A stretch of DNA of 64,000 bases from an uncultured Candidatus Poseidoniales archaeon (GCA_902573015.1 CACGIE010000003.1:10589-74588), one strand, 5' to 3'. Positions 18,977-27,986 are shown, numbered from the stretch's first letter. Numbers and translations are program-made. Notes: generated by a model from the sequence alone, not told the origin.

Positions 18977-19615
18977 CTAATCACGAGTAATCAGGCTAGG
19001 AGAGATTGCCATGATTCCCATTAGAGAAGTGAATAGGATAACCACAAGAAGGTCCCTGCTGGCGTCCTCTGATCTTTCTTGAGATATTTGGGGCGGACCT
19101 ACTTCTGGTTCAGGCTGATTGTGCACGTCTTCCATGAAAGTTACAGACAAGTGCTCCTCTAACAGAAGGGAGTCATTCATTATTTGATGCCGTAGTTGGA
19201 TAGTTCCTGGCAGGAGACCGCTCTCCGGTCCCAGCAATATTGTCTCTGTTACCATACATGACTTGTCCGCCTTGCTGCCATTTTCGTCCAGATCACAAGA
19301 TCCGCTGAGCCAGTTAGTAGAGAAGTCATCTGAACCATTGAACAGACCGTCATCATCAGCATCGAACTGGATTCTGTGACTAACCCCCTCCCTATCGTCC
19401 ACGTTCATGAAGAACAGAAAGTCAGTCTGTACAAGGACATCGTCCGGAATGGTCTGAGGGGTCGTGCCCTCATGAGTCAGTAGAATCGTGTACTCCTTAG
19501 GCTCGTGAGCTGAAACTACCGACGAGAGAAATGAGGCTAGTAAGATGGAAGTGAATGCAAGTGCAGCTATTCTCACATGTCCCGGATAGTATGCGATGGC
19601 TTGAACATGACTCAC
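18977..19615 (-). CDS. Exported, C-terminally anchored small protein, possibly with a cupredoxin-like beta-sandwich; function unknown
   Basis: Signal peptide AALAFTSILLASFLSSVVSA, the segment FLFFMNVDDREGVSHRIQFDADDDGLFNGSDD, two Cys, an acidic linker and a terminal TM segment (LLVVILFTSLMGIMAI). The architecture matches ORF 23373-23906. Confidence 0.4.
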   Translation of the reverse strand: MSHVQAIAYYPGHVRIAALAFTSILLASFLSSVVSAHEPKEYTILLTHEGTTPQTIPDDVLVQTDFLFFMNVDDREGVSHRIQFDADDDGLFNGSDDFSTNWLSGSCDLDENGSKADKSCMVTETILLGPESGLLPGTIQLRHQIMNDSLLLEEHLSVTFMEDVHNQPEPEVGPPQISQERSEDASRDLLVVILFTSLMGIMAISPSLITRD

Positions 19616-19629
19616 CTTATGGGAGGGGC

Positions 19630-21378
19630 ATGGACAGGCAGAGGGCAGCTATGGCTTTGGCATTGACTGCTTGCGTAGTGGTAGCAGGAGCATCGACATT
19701 ACTGTTGTTGCAAGATAGCGAAGTCAGAATTTCGAATGATTCTGAATCAATGGTGGACCCATTACTGCAAGACGAGGGTCATGATCATAGGAATGCCAGC
19801 CAACACATCCTCTACACGGAAAACATCCAACCGGTTTCATTCAATGCTCTGACTGCGCCGGGCAATGCTGAGGTCCAGGTTTCAGACTCCCCGGATGGTA
19901 GGAGATACGCGTACATTGCAGGATGGAGCGAGATGCACATCGTCGATGTTACTGACCCAACTAATACTATTGTAACCGGGGTCTACGTGGACCCAAATAC
20001 CCAGGTTCTCGATGTCAAGTACCTAGTCTACAACAACAGGGAGTATGTGATTGTCCAAAACCAACTGGTTGACCCGGGGGCTGCAGATCCCAATGTCGGA
20101 GAGTGGGGCGATCCTGCTCAGGTTACGGTAACTCTCGTTGACGTGACTGACAAATATGAGCCTACATTCGTCGATGCCTGGTACGATGCAGATCACCCAA
20201 GCGGCCCCCACAACCTGTATACTCACATGATCGATAACGAGTGGTACATCTTCGTGGCCAACCCCGACTACGAGTCATGTGACATAGGGCAGGGAGATGC
20301 TTGTGGGGGGATCACGGTTGCGCATCTGAACTTCGCAGGATATGGGGATTTACCCCGGATCGTGAAAGTGGGAGAGGCAGAGGTGAGTTGGGAAACCACG
20401 AGAGGAGGATGGATCTACATACACGACATGACGGTCCAGACATGGCCTGGAGAGGACTCCAGTGATCCGCGATTTGGCAGGACATACGTCTATGGGGCAT
20501 ACTGGGAAGCCGGACTGAGGATTTTCGATGTATCCGATGTCCCGCATCCGGGCAAGGACATGGTTGAGTACCTAGCCATAGCAGCTGCCTGTCGTGGATC
20601 ATTCGGGACGCAATTGGGTTGCAACTGGAGAGCTCCGGAGGTAGGGCTATGGATGGACTTCGAGGACTTCGATGGCGACGGGCAACCAGACAGTGGGACA
20701 ACTGGGAATGAGAATGGGGGGAGGGCCTCATACATCCACTATGCCGAGCCAATAGACGAAATGGTAGATGCCACCCATCTTGGATACCCTTCTGGCAAGA
20801 TTCACATGACGATCATAGCTACTGAAGTCCTAGAGACCACAGTAGGCACAGGGATGGCATACCTGCTGGACACTACTCCCTATGAGGTCGTGAATGGGAA
20901 TGTAAGATTCCTGCCCCAGCTCATCCACGGTTGGGAGACCCCGTTCGCAGATCATCACTTCATCCCAGGGGGGGAAGAGTGGCTGCTATTCAGTCCGCAT
21001 AATGCCGATCATGAGATTTTCCAGACGGGTCTGCCAGGGTTTCCGGACAATAGCCATGGTGGTGCTTGGGACGGTAGGATATACATGGGCAACTACCACT
21101 CCGGACTGTGGGTTATCGACATCGAGTCCCTAATGGTGGCAGGACTTGAGAACGGTAACAAGACTGAGGCTCACATGGAGTCGACAGTTGGTTACCACCT
21201 CCCTCATGGAGCCGATGGGGCCCCGCTTGACAGTTCGTACTACGACTTCGGATGGACGCCATTCATCTGGGCGGCTGAGCACTACAAGGGCTATACGTAC
21301 TTGTCATGTATCACCACCGGATTGTACATTGTCCAACTCGATATAGACGAGCCCTATGGAAACTCTATCTCGTTATGA
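19630..21378 (+). CDS. LVIVD-repeat beta-propeller protein, exported via an N-terminal signal anchor
   Basis: LVIVD-type strands are EMHIVDVTDPTN, VTLVDVTDKYEP, GLRIFDVSDVPHP, GLWVIDIESL and GLYIVQLD. I chose the ATG at 19630 because it removes the overlap with the divergent gene and precedes the TM segment AAMALALTACVVVAGASTLLLL. Confidence 0.7.
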   Translation: MDRQRAAMALALTACVVVAGASTLLLLQDSEVRISNDSESMVDPLLQDEGHDHRNASQHILYTENIQPVSFNALTAPGNAEVQVSDSPDGRRYAYIAGWSEMHIVDVTDPTNTIVTGVYVDPNTQVLDVKYLVYNNREYVIVQNQLVDPGAADPNVGEWGDPAQVTVTLVDVTDKYEPTFVDAWYDADHPSGPHNLYTHMIDNEWYIFVANPDYESCDIGQGDACGGITVAHLNFAGYGDLPRIVKVGEAEVSWETTRGGWIYIHDMTVQTWPGEDSSDPRFGRTYVYGAYWEAGLRIFDVSDVPHPGKDMVEYLAIAAACRGSFGTQLGCNWRAPEVGLWMDFEDFDGDGQPDSGTTGNENGGRASYIHYAEPIDEMVDATHLGYPSGKIHMTIIATEVLETTVGTGMAYLLDTTPYEVVNGNVRFLPQLIHGWETPFADHHFIPGGEEWLLFSPHNADHEIFQTGLPGFPDNSHGGAWDGRIYMGNYHSGLWVIDIESLMVAGLENGNKTEAHMESTVGYHLPHGADGAPLDSSYYDFGWTPFIWAAEHYKGYTYLSCITTGLYIVQLDIDEPYGNSISL

Positions 21379-21406
21379 AGTGACCATACTAATTGGGTGC
21401 AGTTTC

Positions 21407-21414
21407 ATAAAATA
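21407..21414 (+). promoter_or_regulatory. Candidate archaeal TATA box (ATAAAATA) ~20-25 nt upstream of the ATG at 21434, which would imply a leaderless or near-leaderless transcript
   Basis: It is the only AT-rich block in the 55-nt intergenic spacer. The spacing fits a TATA-to-TSS distance. Confidence 0.3.
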
Positions 21415-21433
21415 GGTATCCCCGGATAGGGAC

Positions 21434-23371
21434 ATGGGCACTAGGGTTTGGCTAGCGGTTTCCATGGTGATGTTGGCTCCGGTATCTGGTTGTCTATCTT
21501 CTGAAAGCGAAGAGAGTAACGAAATCGGAGGCGAGGGTTGGTTAGATCCCGTTACCGAGATAGAGGATGCGAACCACTCTCACAGCGATCTATTGGCTCA
21601 CAGGTTGTCCACCTCAAATGCCAATCTAATCGACTACCATAACCTGAACTGCGACGGCGAGGTGTACCCCCCTCCAGAGTTAGACAACACTGCAGGAAGG
21701 CCTTGCTTCGATGAGTGGAAGAACGTTGGTCCGACCCCTGGAGACAACTCGGAAATCGCGATTGAAGGAAATTTCGACGAGGACTGCAAGATTCACGCGG
21801 ATGGCAGTGGTGGCTGCTTTGCCTACGTCTCGAGCTACAATCAGTTTGAAATTCTAGATATAAGCGAGCCGAATAACATCAGACTGCTTTCGACTTACTA
21901 TGCCGAGATTGCGAGGATGATTGACATCAAGGTGACCAAGGACAATAACTGGGTGCTAGTGAATCACGAATTGACTAACAGCGAGTTGGACCCAATACCC
22001 AATGATGATGATGCAAACAGCGGAATGAACAGATTGGACGTGATCTATGTGGGCGACAAGACAAGTCCAGTGAAGGTCGCAGAGTGGAACAATCCCCCAG
22101 CAGGATTCCACAATCAGGACCTAGCAGTATACTGCGATTGGGATGGAGCAGTAGATTTCAGGGAGGAATGTAGCCTCTTCCTATTCGGAGCCGACCCATA
22201 TCCCGAGATGGTAGAGGGCGGATCGGGGACATTCTACAAGGGGACCCAGATATTCTACGTCCCTAGAGGATTCGAGTCCTGGTTGCCGAATCAGAACGAT
22301 GAGCAGCAGAACTCTAGCAGGGAGATCATCAGGTGGGGAGGATACACGCCAGAGCCGGATACCACGTGCGGTGGTTCGATATTCAACCACGATCACGTGT
22401 ACTTCGTACACCCCATCACAGGACAGCGTCTCCTAGTAGCATCTTACTGGGGGGCTGGCCTCAGGATTGTAGATGTCAGCGAACCACCGATCCTAGCAGA
22501 CCCACTTGGAATCTCTTGGCCTCCCGAGGTAGGGAGATGGCTGGGTTGCCCCACTGCTGACGATGGTTGGTACGGTCCGGATGGAGGGGGGCACGCCAAT
22601 ATGACTCCCGAGGAATGGCTAGACGCGGAGCAGGGGAACGACAACATCCACTACGCGGTTCCCTACGACCATCTTGTTTGCAATGGGATAAGCGAGTACG
22701 TTCCTCAGTTAGAGTGGCCATCAGAGTGTGGCTCGGGCCCCAATGATGCGACTTACGGGGTAAACTGGCGCCACTACACGATCATCGCTCCGGAGTATGG
22801 CAGTAATGCTGGACACACTGGCTTCCTCTGGACTATAGACACGACAGATCCGACCAAACCGTTCCTTGTATCGAAATGGAGACTACCGGGAGAGGGGACG
22901 CTAGCAAATGGATCCAAGCACCCGCAGCACTACATCCCTGGAGGATACATCTACAGCCCCCATAATGGAGATACTGGTGTAAATGGTCATGTCTACTGGA
23001 CCCACTACCATGCGGGGAACTGGGTCACTGACCACGGAAGAATATGGGAGGAGCTGGTATGGGAGAACGGAGTGGCCGAACCAGACAGGGGTTTCCAGGC
23101 GATAGAGGAGCTAGCCCCAACTCACACTATCGGATACTACTTGCCATCTGGACCATACTGGATAGAAGACCCAACCACCACATTGGGGTATGACATGGCC
23201 GACTGCTGGGCCTCTTGCATGATTCCGTTCGATTGGGGACTGCAGTACGACCCCCGTGGATTCCTCTTCATCTCCGAGATGGTCAGTGGGATCTACGTGG
23301 TCCAGTTCGATGAGGACTTCGACCCGCGATACAACTATCCTGCGCTATGGACCATTGAAGATGATGATTGA
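21434..23371 (+). CDS. LVIVD-repeat beta-propeller protein, paralogue of the upstream gene, with a lipobox-like signal
   Basis: Strands FEILDISEPNN, GLRIVDVSEPP and GIYVVQFDED. ASYWGAGLRIVDVS parallels GAYWEAGLRIFDVS in the paralogue. The N-terminus is MGTRVWLAVSMVMLAPVSGC. Confidence 0.7.
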   Translation: MGTRVWLAVSMVMLAPVSGCLSSESEESNEIGGEGWLDPVTEIEDANHSHSDLLAHRLSTSNANLIDYHNLNCDGEVYPPPELDNTAGRPCFDEWKNVGPTPGDNSEIAIEGNFDEDCKIHADGSGGCFAYVSSYNQFEILDISEPNNIRLLSTYYAEIARMIDIKVTKDNNWVLVNHELTNSELDPIPNDDDANSGMNRLDVIYVGDKTSPVKVAEWNNPPAGFHNQDLAVYCDWDGAVDFREECSLFLFGADPYPEMVEGGSGTFYKGTQIFYVPRGFESWLPNQNDEQQNSSREIIRWGGYTPEPDTTCGGSIFNHDHVYFVHPITGQRLLVASYWGAGLRIVDVSEPPILADPLGISWPPEVGRWLGCPTADDGWYGPDGGGHANMTPEEWLDAEQGNDNIHYAVPYDHLVCNGISEYVPQLEWPSECGSGPNDATYGVNWRHYTIIAPEYGSNAGHTGFLWTIDTTDPTKPFLVSKWRLPGEGTLANGSKHPQHYIPGGYIYSPHNGDTGVNGHVYWTHYHAGNWVTDHGRIWEELVWENGVAEPDRGFQAIEELAPTHTIGYYLPSGPYWIEDPTTTLGYDMADCWASCMIPFDWGLQYDPRGFLFISEMVSGIYVVQFDEDFDPRYNYPALWTIEDDD

Positions 23372-23372
23372 A

Positions 23373-23906
23373 ATGAGCAGGGCACTCGTCATAGCACTTC
23401 TGATGTCCTCAATCGCAATGCCAATGGCATCTGGGCACGGAGCGAATGACTTCTCGATTATCATGAGGGGGTCTAGCCTTCAACCAGTAGTTGCCGAAGT
23501 GATGCAGAACGACTCCGTCACGTTCTACAACGTGGCTGACACCAACAGGACGATCAGAGTGGACCTGGATGGGGATGGCGAATACGATCAGAGGTGCGAG
23601 ACGGAGCCTAGTAACTCCTCGTCCATAAGGGATGAGTGCTCGTTCATACTGGACTGGGACAGATGGCCAGCGGGAAATTACTACCTTGAAGTATTCGAAA
23701 ATGGGACCATCTGGAACACGCTAAATCTGACTGTGATGCACGACTATCACGAGGAGGCGGGGCCCCCTACAGGATACTCATTCAACTCGGAGGACTCTGC
23801 GGATGAGGATTCGAGTGGTACAAGTGATGGCCTGCTAGCTATGTCAGTCATGCTTATTTTGGTTTTCTTAGTCGTAGTAAATAGGCTAATGGGGATGGAT
23901 GAATGA
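23373..23906 (+). CDS. Exported, C-terminally anchored small protein, paralogous in architecture to 18977-19615; cupredoxin-like?
   Basis: The ATG at 23373 gives the signal peptide MSRALVIALLMSSIAMPMASG. It also has VTFYNVADTNRTIRVDLDGDGEYDQRCE, an acidic linker and a terminal TM segment (LLAMSVMLILVFLVVV). No canonical type-1 Cu ligand set is evident. Confidence 0.4.
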   Translation: MSRALVIALLMSSIAMPMASGHGANDFSIIMRGSSLQPVVAEVMQNDSVTFYNVADTNRTIRVDLDGDGEYDQRCETEPSNSSSIRDECSFILDWDRWPAGNYYLEVFENGTIWNTLNLTVMHDYHEEAGPPTGYSFNSEDSADEDSSGTSDGLLAMSVMLILVFLVVVNRLMGMDE

Positions 23907-24631
23907 AGATGGGCAGGATGACCTCTTTTTTCCTATCTTTGTTGATAATTTCCTCTTCCGGATGCCTCTCCGGTGAGGTTGATGATTTCTACGGAGAGGA
24001 TATCTCCCCTCCCATTTCAGTGGATGATTTCGTTCTAGTTGATGAGAATGGGGATACTGTCTCTATGTCTGATTTCGAAGGGAAGGTGGTAGTGGTGGCC
24101 TTCCTATTCACAAGATGCCCGGATATCTGTCCAGTAGTCAGTGCCAATCTGGCATTCGTAGAGCAGGAACTGGGCGACCTGCATGGCTCTTCTGTTCAGA
24201 TCCTGACTGTTACAGTCGATCCGTGGACGGACAATGCAAGTGTTCTGAACAATTATGCCACTACCAGGGAACTCGGATGGCCGCATCTGACGGGTGCAGT
24301 CGAGGACTTGGAACCTGTTTGGATGAACTTCGACGTAGGCCTAACAACGTATGACACAGATGTGGACAACGACGGAGTCGCTGACGGATTCGACAGTTGC
24401 CCCGATACACCAGAGGGGGAAGAAGTCGATAACAACGGATGTGGGAAGGAGACCCAGCAGCCAGAGGGGGACGTGGTGACTAACCATCACCCACTTGACT
24501 ACTGGGTGGATCACACGACGGGCACGATCATAGTTGACAAGCAGATGAGGCAAAGGGTATGGTGGGGAGACACGGACTGGAACCCTGAGCTCGTTCTCGA
24601 AGACATACTGAGCCTAGTGGAAGAAGAGTGA
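23903..24631 (+). CDS. SCO1/SenC-family copper chaperone / thiol-disulfide protein with an inserted Asp-rich motif
   Basis: GKVVVVAFLFTRCPDICP provides the CxxxC motif, and a downstream conserved His lies in VDHTTGTIIVD. The insertion is DTDVDNDGVADGFDSCPDTPEGEEVDNNGCG. The lipobox-like N-terminus is LLIISSSGC. Confidence 0.8.
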   Translation: MKMGRMTSFFLSLLIISSSGCLSGEVDDFYGEDISPPISVDDFVLVDENGDTVSMSDFEGKVVVVAFLFTRCPDICPVVSANLAFVEQELGDLHGSSVQILTVTVDPWTDNASVLNNYATTRELGWPHLTGAVEDLEPVWMNFDVGLTTYDTDVDNDGVADGFDSCPDTPEGEEVDNNGCGKETQQPEGDVVTNHHPLDYWVDHTTGTIIVDKQMRQRVWWGDTDWNPELVLEDILSLVEEE

Positions 24632-24658
24632 AATAATCCCTAACTAGGAAGCAAGACT

Positions 24659-25768
24659 ATGTCTGTGAGAGTCAGAGCGGCGATTTTGGCCTTCTCCTTC
24701 CTACTTGTAGGATGCATTGGCCCTGAGGGGACGGAGATACTGGGGACAGAATACAGGAATCCGCCCGATGCGCCGGACTTTACTCTGGAAAACCAGTTCG
24801 GGGAGGATGTTTCTCTTTCCGATTTTGATGGGAAGGTCGTAGTTGTTGCTTTCATCTACACTGCCTGTCCGGATGTTTGTCTGATCATTTCATCCAACAT
24901 CGACTACGTGAGTCAGAATCTGGGAAGTGAATCAGAATTCGTCGAGTTCATCTCAATAACCATAGATCCTGCTAGGGATACCACTCAGAGGCTCTTGGAG
25001 TGGACCACTGCGAGAGGGTACGAATGGAACCACCTTACCCACGACAGGGGCTCTGTTATGCAAGCAGTATGGGACGAATGGAAGGTCGTGGTGGATGCCG
25101 ATCACATTGCGAACAGCCTTCCGCCGGAAGAGGCGATGCTGAGATTCGCAGTTTTGGGTCCTGACAACTCCACGGTAGTGACTGACAACCCATGTATAGA
25201 CGCATTCAACGTATCCTGCTACGATGATGGGGGAGAACTCGCTGAATACGCGCTAACAGTGAATGCCGAAATGGACTACGACATTAGGAATGGGACGATT
25301 GGGAATTGGACTGCGGATGACTCATGGGAGTGGGTTCTCCATATCTGGAATGACTCAGACGAAACATGGGATCCCACTGATGTTGGCATCTCTGAAATAG
25401 ACATTGGAATCGATACGCACTTAGCATGGATAGCGAGTAATGCAAATTTGAGCATTATGCCCCCGGGTGTTGATTGCGATGGCAGGGGATGGGTCATGGG
25501 AGCTGGAGCAAGCGCCCATTGCATGTGCGATGACGGATGGGACAGGGATTCCGATGACTGGATGTCTTGTGTTCCAGAAGGAAGCACCGAAGTGAATGAT
25601 GGAAATCTCACAGACCCTCATGAAGAGAGTCTGGGAGAATACGAGATTGGGCACTCGACAGTTACTTTCATCATTGACAAGGAGCAAAGGAAGAGGGTTG
25701 CATACTCGGGCATCCACTGGGATGTCGGAGATTTCCTACAGGATGTCAAGGCACTGGCAGAAGAGTGA
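24659..25768 (+). CDS. SCO1/SenC-family protein with a ~170-aa insertion between the CxxxC motif and the conserved His
   Basis: GKVVVVAFIYTACPDVCL places the Cys at positions 70 and 74, and GHSTVTFIIDKE places the His at 332. The insertion contains a Cys-rich EGF-like stretch, CDGRGWVMGAGASAHCMCDDGWDRDSDDWMSC. The N-terminus is lipobox-like (FLLVGC). Confidence 0.75.
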   Translation: MSVRVRAAILAFSFLLVGCIGPEGTEILGTEYRNPPDAPDFTLENQFGEDVSLSDFDGKVVVVAFIYTACPDVCLIISSNIDYVSQNLGSESEFVEFISITIDPARDTTQRLLEWTTARGYEWNHLTHDRGSVMQAVWDEWKVVVDADHIANSLPPEEAMLRFAVLGPDNSTVVTDNPCIDAFNVSCYDDGGELAEYALTVNAEMDYDIRNGTIGNWTADDSWEWVLHIWNDSDETWDPTDVGISEIDIGIDTHLAWIASNANLSIMPPGVDCDGRGWVMGAGASAHCMCDDGWDRDSDDWMSCVPEGSTEVNDGNLTDPHEESLGEYEIGHSTVTFIIDKEQRKRVAYSGIHWDVGDFLQDVKALAEE

Positions 25769-25781
25769 TTCAGGATCTTTG

Positions 25782-27311
25782 TCACAGCAGGGGCATCTTC
25801 CGCAGCCTCTCTAGGTCTGGCTGATACAGTTGCCTAATGTCGTCCAGACCTAGGACCAGCATCGCCAGTCTCTCGAGGCCCATCCCCCAGGCGCATACCG
25901 GCCACTCGGTACCCAATGGTTCTGTAACTTCTGGCCTGAAGATTCCGGACCCTCCGAGCTCGAGCCACTCTCCCTTCCAGAGTATATCGACCTCAGCGCT
26001 TGGTTCTGTATAAGGGAAGTACGCAGGTCTGACTCTGACATCTGGATATCCCATCTTTGAGTAGAAGGTCTTCAAGGTCGAAATTAGCATTGGTAGGCTG
26101 GCATCTGGCTCGTGGATTATTCCCTCTATCTGGTGGAACTCCGGCATATGAGTTCTGTCTATGGTCTCCTGCCTGAACACCCTCCCTATTCCGAAGACTC
26201 GGGAAGGAGTGTGGGGGTTGTCAGCGATATGCCTGACGGTGTTAACCGTGGTATGGGTCCTTAGCAAGGCTCTCTGAGACTCTTCTTTGTCGAAGGAGCC
26301 CCCCCATCCCTTGCTACCCGTGTCATGACCGTGCTCATGCACCCTGGCCCATAAATCGAGGTATTCCTCGTCGACTTCCACCTTTCTGGGCTTATTTAGA
26401 TAGAATGTGTCTTGCATGGTTCTTGCGGGGTGAGACTGGGGGATGAATAACGAATCCATGTTCCAGCCGGCTGATTGAACGTAGTCACCTTCTATCTCAG
26501 AGAAGCCCATCTCGAGGAAGACCGAACGGATCCGTTCGATTAGAGACTGCATTGGGTGCCTCCTCCCCCCAGTTGGCATGGGAGCAGGTGCCTCTACATC
26601 AAACGTCTTGAATTCCGCCCCTATCCATGACTCAGTCTGCAGCATCTCTGGAGTCAACTCGCCTATCAGTTCTGTCTCCTCCAGTGAGGAGGGATCCATC
26701 GAAGAGCCGGATTTGGTTAGTTTCCAAGTTCTGATGATTACGTCCTCGAAATCGAGCAACCCGCTTCTAGATGAGAAATGAGATAGCATCTCTGAATCCA
26801 AGTTAGAGGATTCAACTGCACCCTCTGAAAGAGACAGTATGAATTCGGACCTTCTTTCGATCTCTTGTGAGATCTTCGAGTCTTCTGAGATGATGAAAAT
26901 GCCTGATTCTATCTCGATACCTAGGCCCTTCAGAATCCCTATCCCCGGGCCGGTCTCGGATCTTTCGAAATCTGATGACATCAGAGACTTCATGGTTCTT
27001 TTTTCTCCATCTAACTCCAACATCCAGTCCCATAGTCTTGATTCCAAGAGTCCATTCTCAGAGGCTCTTTGGCCTTCATCGCCCAGAGAAACCATCCTAG
27101 AGGATGACTCACTCAATTCAAGCAAGCCCTCCTCTTCGAGCTTCTTTCCTGCTCCGGCAACGTGGACCTGGTCTTCCCACCCAGTTTCAGAGAGAAGTTG
27201 GCTCAAAGTCCACTCCCTTGAAGTGTCGGATAGCATCGCACGGAGCATTCTACGCTCATTGTTTCCGATATCCATATCTACGTCTCCGTTCATTCCAGAA
27301 GTCATCAACAC
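25782..27311 (-). CDS. pheS: Phenylalanine--tRNA ligase alpha subunit (archaeal/eukaryotic type)
   Basis: FRQETIDRTHMPEFHQIEG (class II motif 2), GMGLERLAMLV (motif 3), ~500 aa with a long N-terminal extension. Confidence 0.9.
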   Translation of the reverse strand: MLMTSGMNGDVDMDIGNNERRMLRAMLSDTSREWTLSQLLSETGWEDQVHVAGAGKKLEEEGLLELSESSSRMVSLGDEGQRASENGLLESRLWDWMLELDGEKRTMKSLMSSDFERSETGPGIGILKGLGIEIESGIFIISEDSKISQEIERRSEFILSLSEGAVESSNLDSEMLSHFSSRSGLLDFEDVIIRTWKLTKSGSSMDPSSLEETELIGELTPEMLQTESWIGAEFKTFDVEAPAPMPTGGRRHPMQSLIERIRSVFLEMGFSEIEGDYVQSAGWNMDSLFIPQSHPARTMQDTFYLNKPRKVEVDEEYLDLWARVHEHGHDTGSKGWGGSFDKEESQRALLRTHTTVNTVRHIADNPHTPSRVFGIGRVFRQETIDRTHMPEFHQIEGIIHEPDASLPMLISTLKTFYSKMGYPDVRVRPAYFPYTEPSAEVDILWKGEWLELGGSGIFRPEVTEPLGTEWPVCAWGMGLERLAMLVLGLDDIRQLYQPDLERLRKMPLL

Positions 27312-27342
27312 TTGACGGTTCCCGAGAATTGGCTTCCCTGGC

Positions 27343-27795
27343 TCACTCTTCCTCTGACTTCCACAGATCGACCCCGCAAGATGGGCATGTGAAGGTCTTG
27401 GGCTTCCTGCCCTCTACCCAAGTTATCTCAGTACATCTACCACACAGTATCGATGTTCTAATCGGCTTGTCCAAGGTAGTGTCAATTCTGAACATAGGCC
27501 TACCTGCGTCGCGCAACTCTATGGCCGAGGGTTCCCACTCTTCGTGTAAGGGAGATTTCTCGGCATCATTTCCCATGGCTATTCCCACGATCAATAGTAT
27601 CACCCCCCCGATGGAAAGGGGGGCTGAAAGTCCAATGGAGAACGTGGACCCGTCGCTTAGGGTGAGCCCGGAGCCAATAGCGATGCACAGCCAGGCAGAA
27701 ATGATGGTATTCAATTGGCGATTCGAGACTCGGGGTTTTGAGCCCATGGGGGCTCGACAGAATGACGAGATATGAGAACTTGCCACATCTCTCAA
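27343..27795 (-). CDS. Membrane protein with a C-terminal zinc ribbon; function unknown
   Basis: Two or three TM helices followed by CGRC...x17...CPSCG. Confidence 0.4.
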   Translation of the reverse strand: MRDVASSHISSFCRAPMGSKPRVSNRQLNTIISAWLCIAIGSGLTLSDGSTFSIGLSAPLSIGGVILLIVGIAMGNDAEKSPLHEEWEPSAIELRDAGRPMFRIDTTLDKPIRTSILCGRCTEITWVEGRKPKTFTCPSCGVDLWKSEEE

Positions 27796-27835
27796 TGTGG
27801 AGGGTTCAAGTGGAGGATGTCTTAGCGTAGTGCAA

Positions 27836-27912
27836 GCCTCAGTAGCTCAGCCTGGTAGAGCATCTGATTTGTAATCAGACGGCCGGGGGTTCGAATCCCT
27901 CCTGGGGCTCCA
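27836..27912 (+). tRNA. tRNA-Thr (anticodon UGU) with encoded 3' CCA
   Basis: Folded by hand: GCCTCAG/CTGGGGC acceptor stem, anticodon arm TCTGA-TTTGTAA-TCAGA, T-loop TTCGAAT, then T-CCA. 77 nt. Confidence 0.9.
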
Positions 27913-27986
27913 AAGTTGGAAGGGAGAGGTTTTACAGTGTATTCTGAAAAACAGTATTTTATAAGAAAGAACAACAGTAGTAATTT

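Noticed and set aside
20312-20752. 146-aa minus-strand ORF, together with 20350-20547 and 20490-20735, inside the first LVIVD gene.
   Set aside because: They are Arg/Ser/Pro-rich antisense frames of a GC-rich gene.
26839-27775. Long plus-strand ORFs of 158 aa (26839-27315) and 223 aa (27104-27775).
   Set aside because: They are antisense to pheS and to the zinc-ribbon membrane protein gene. They are Ser/Pro/Arg-rich and low-complexity with no recognisable motifs, whereas the minus-strand genes carry clear class II aaRS motifs.
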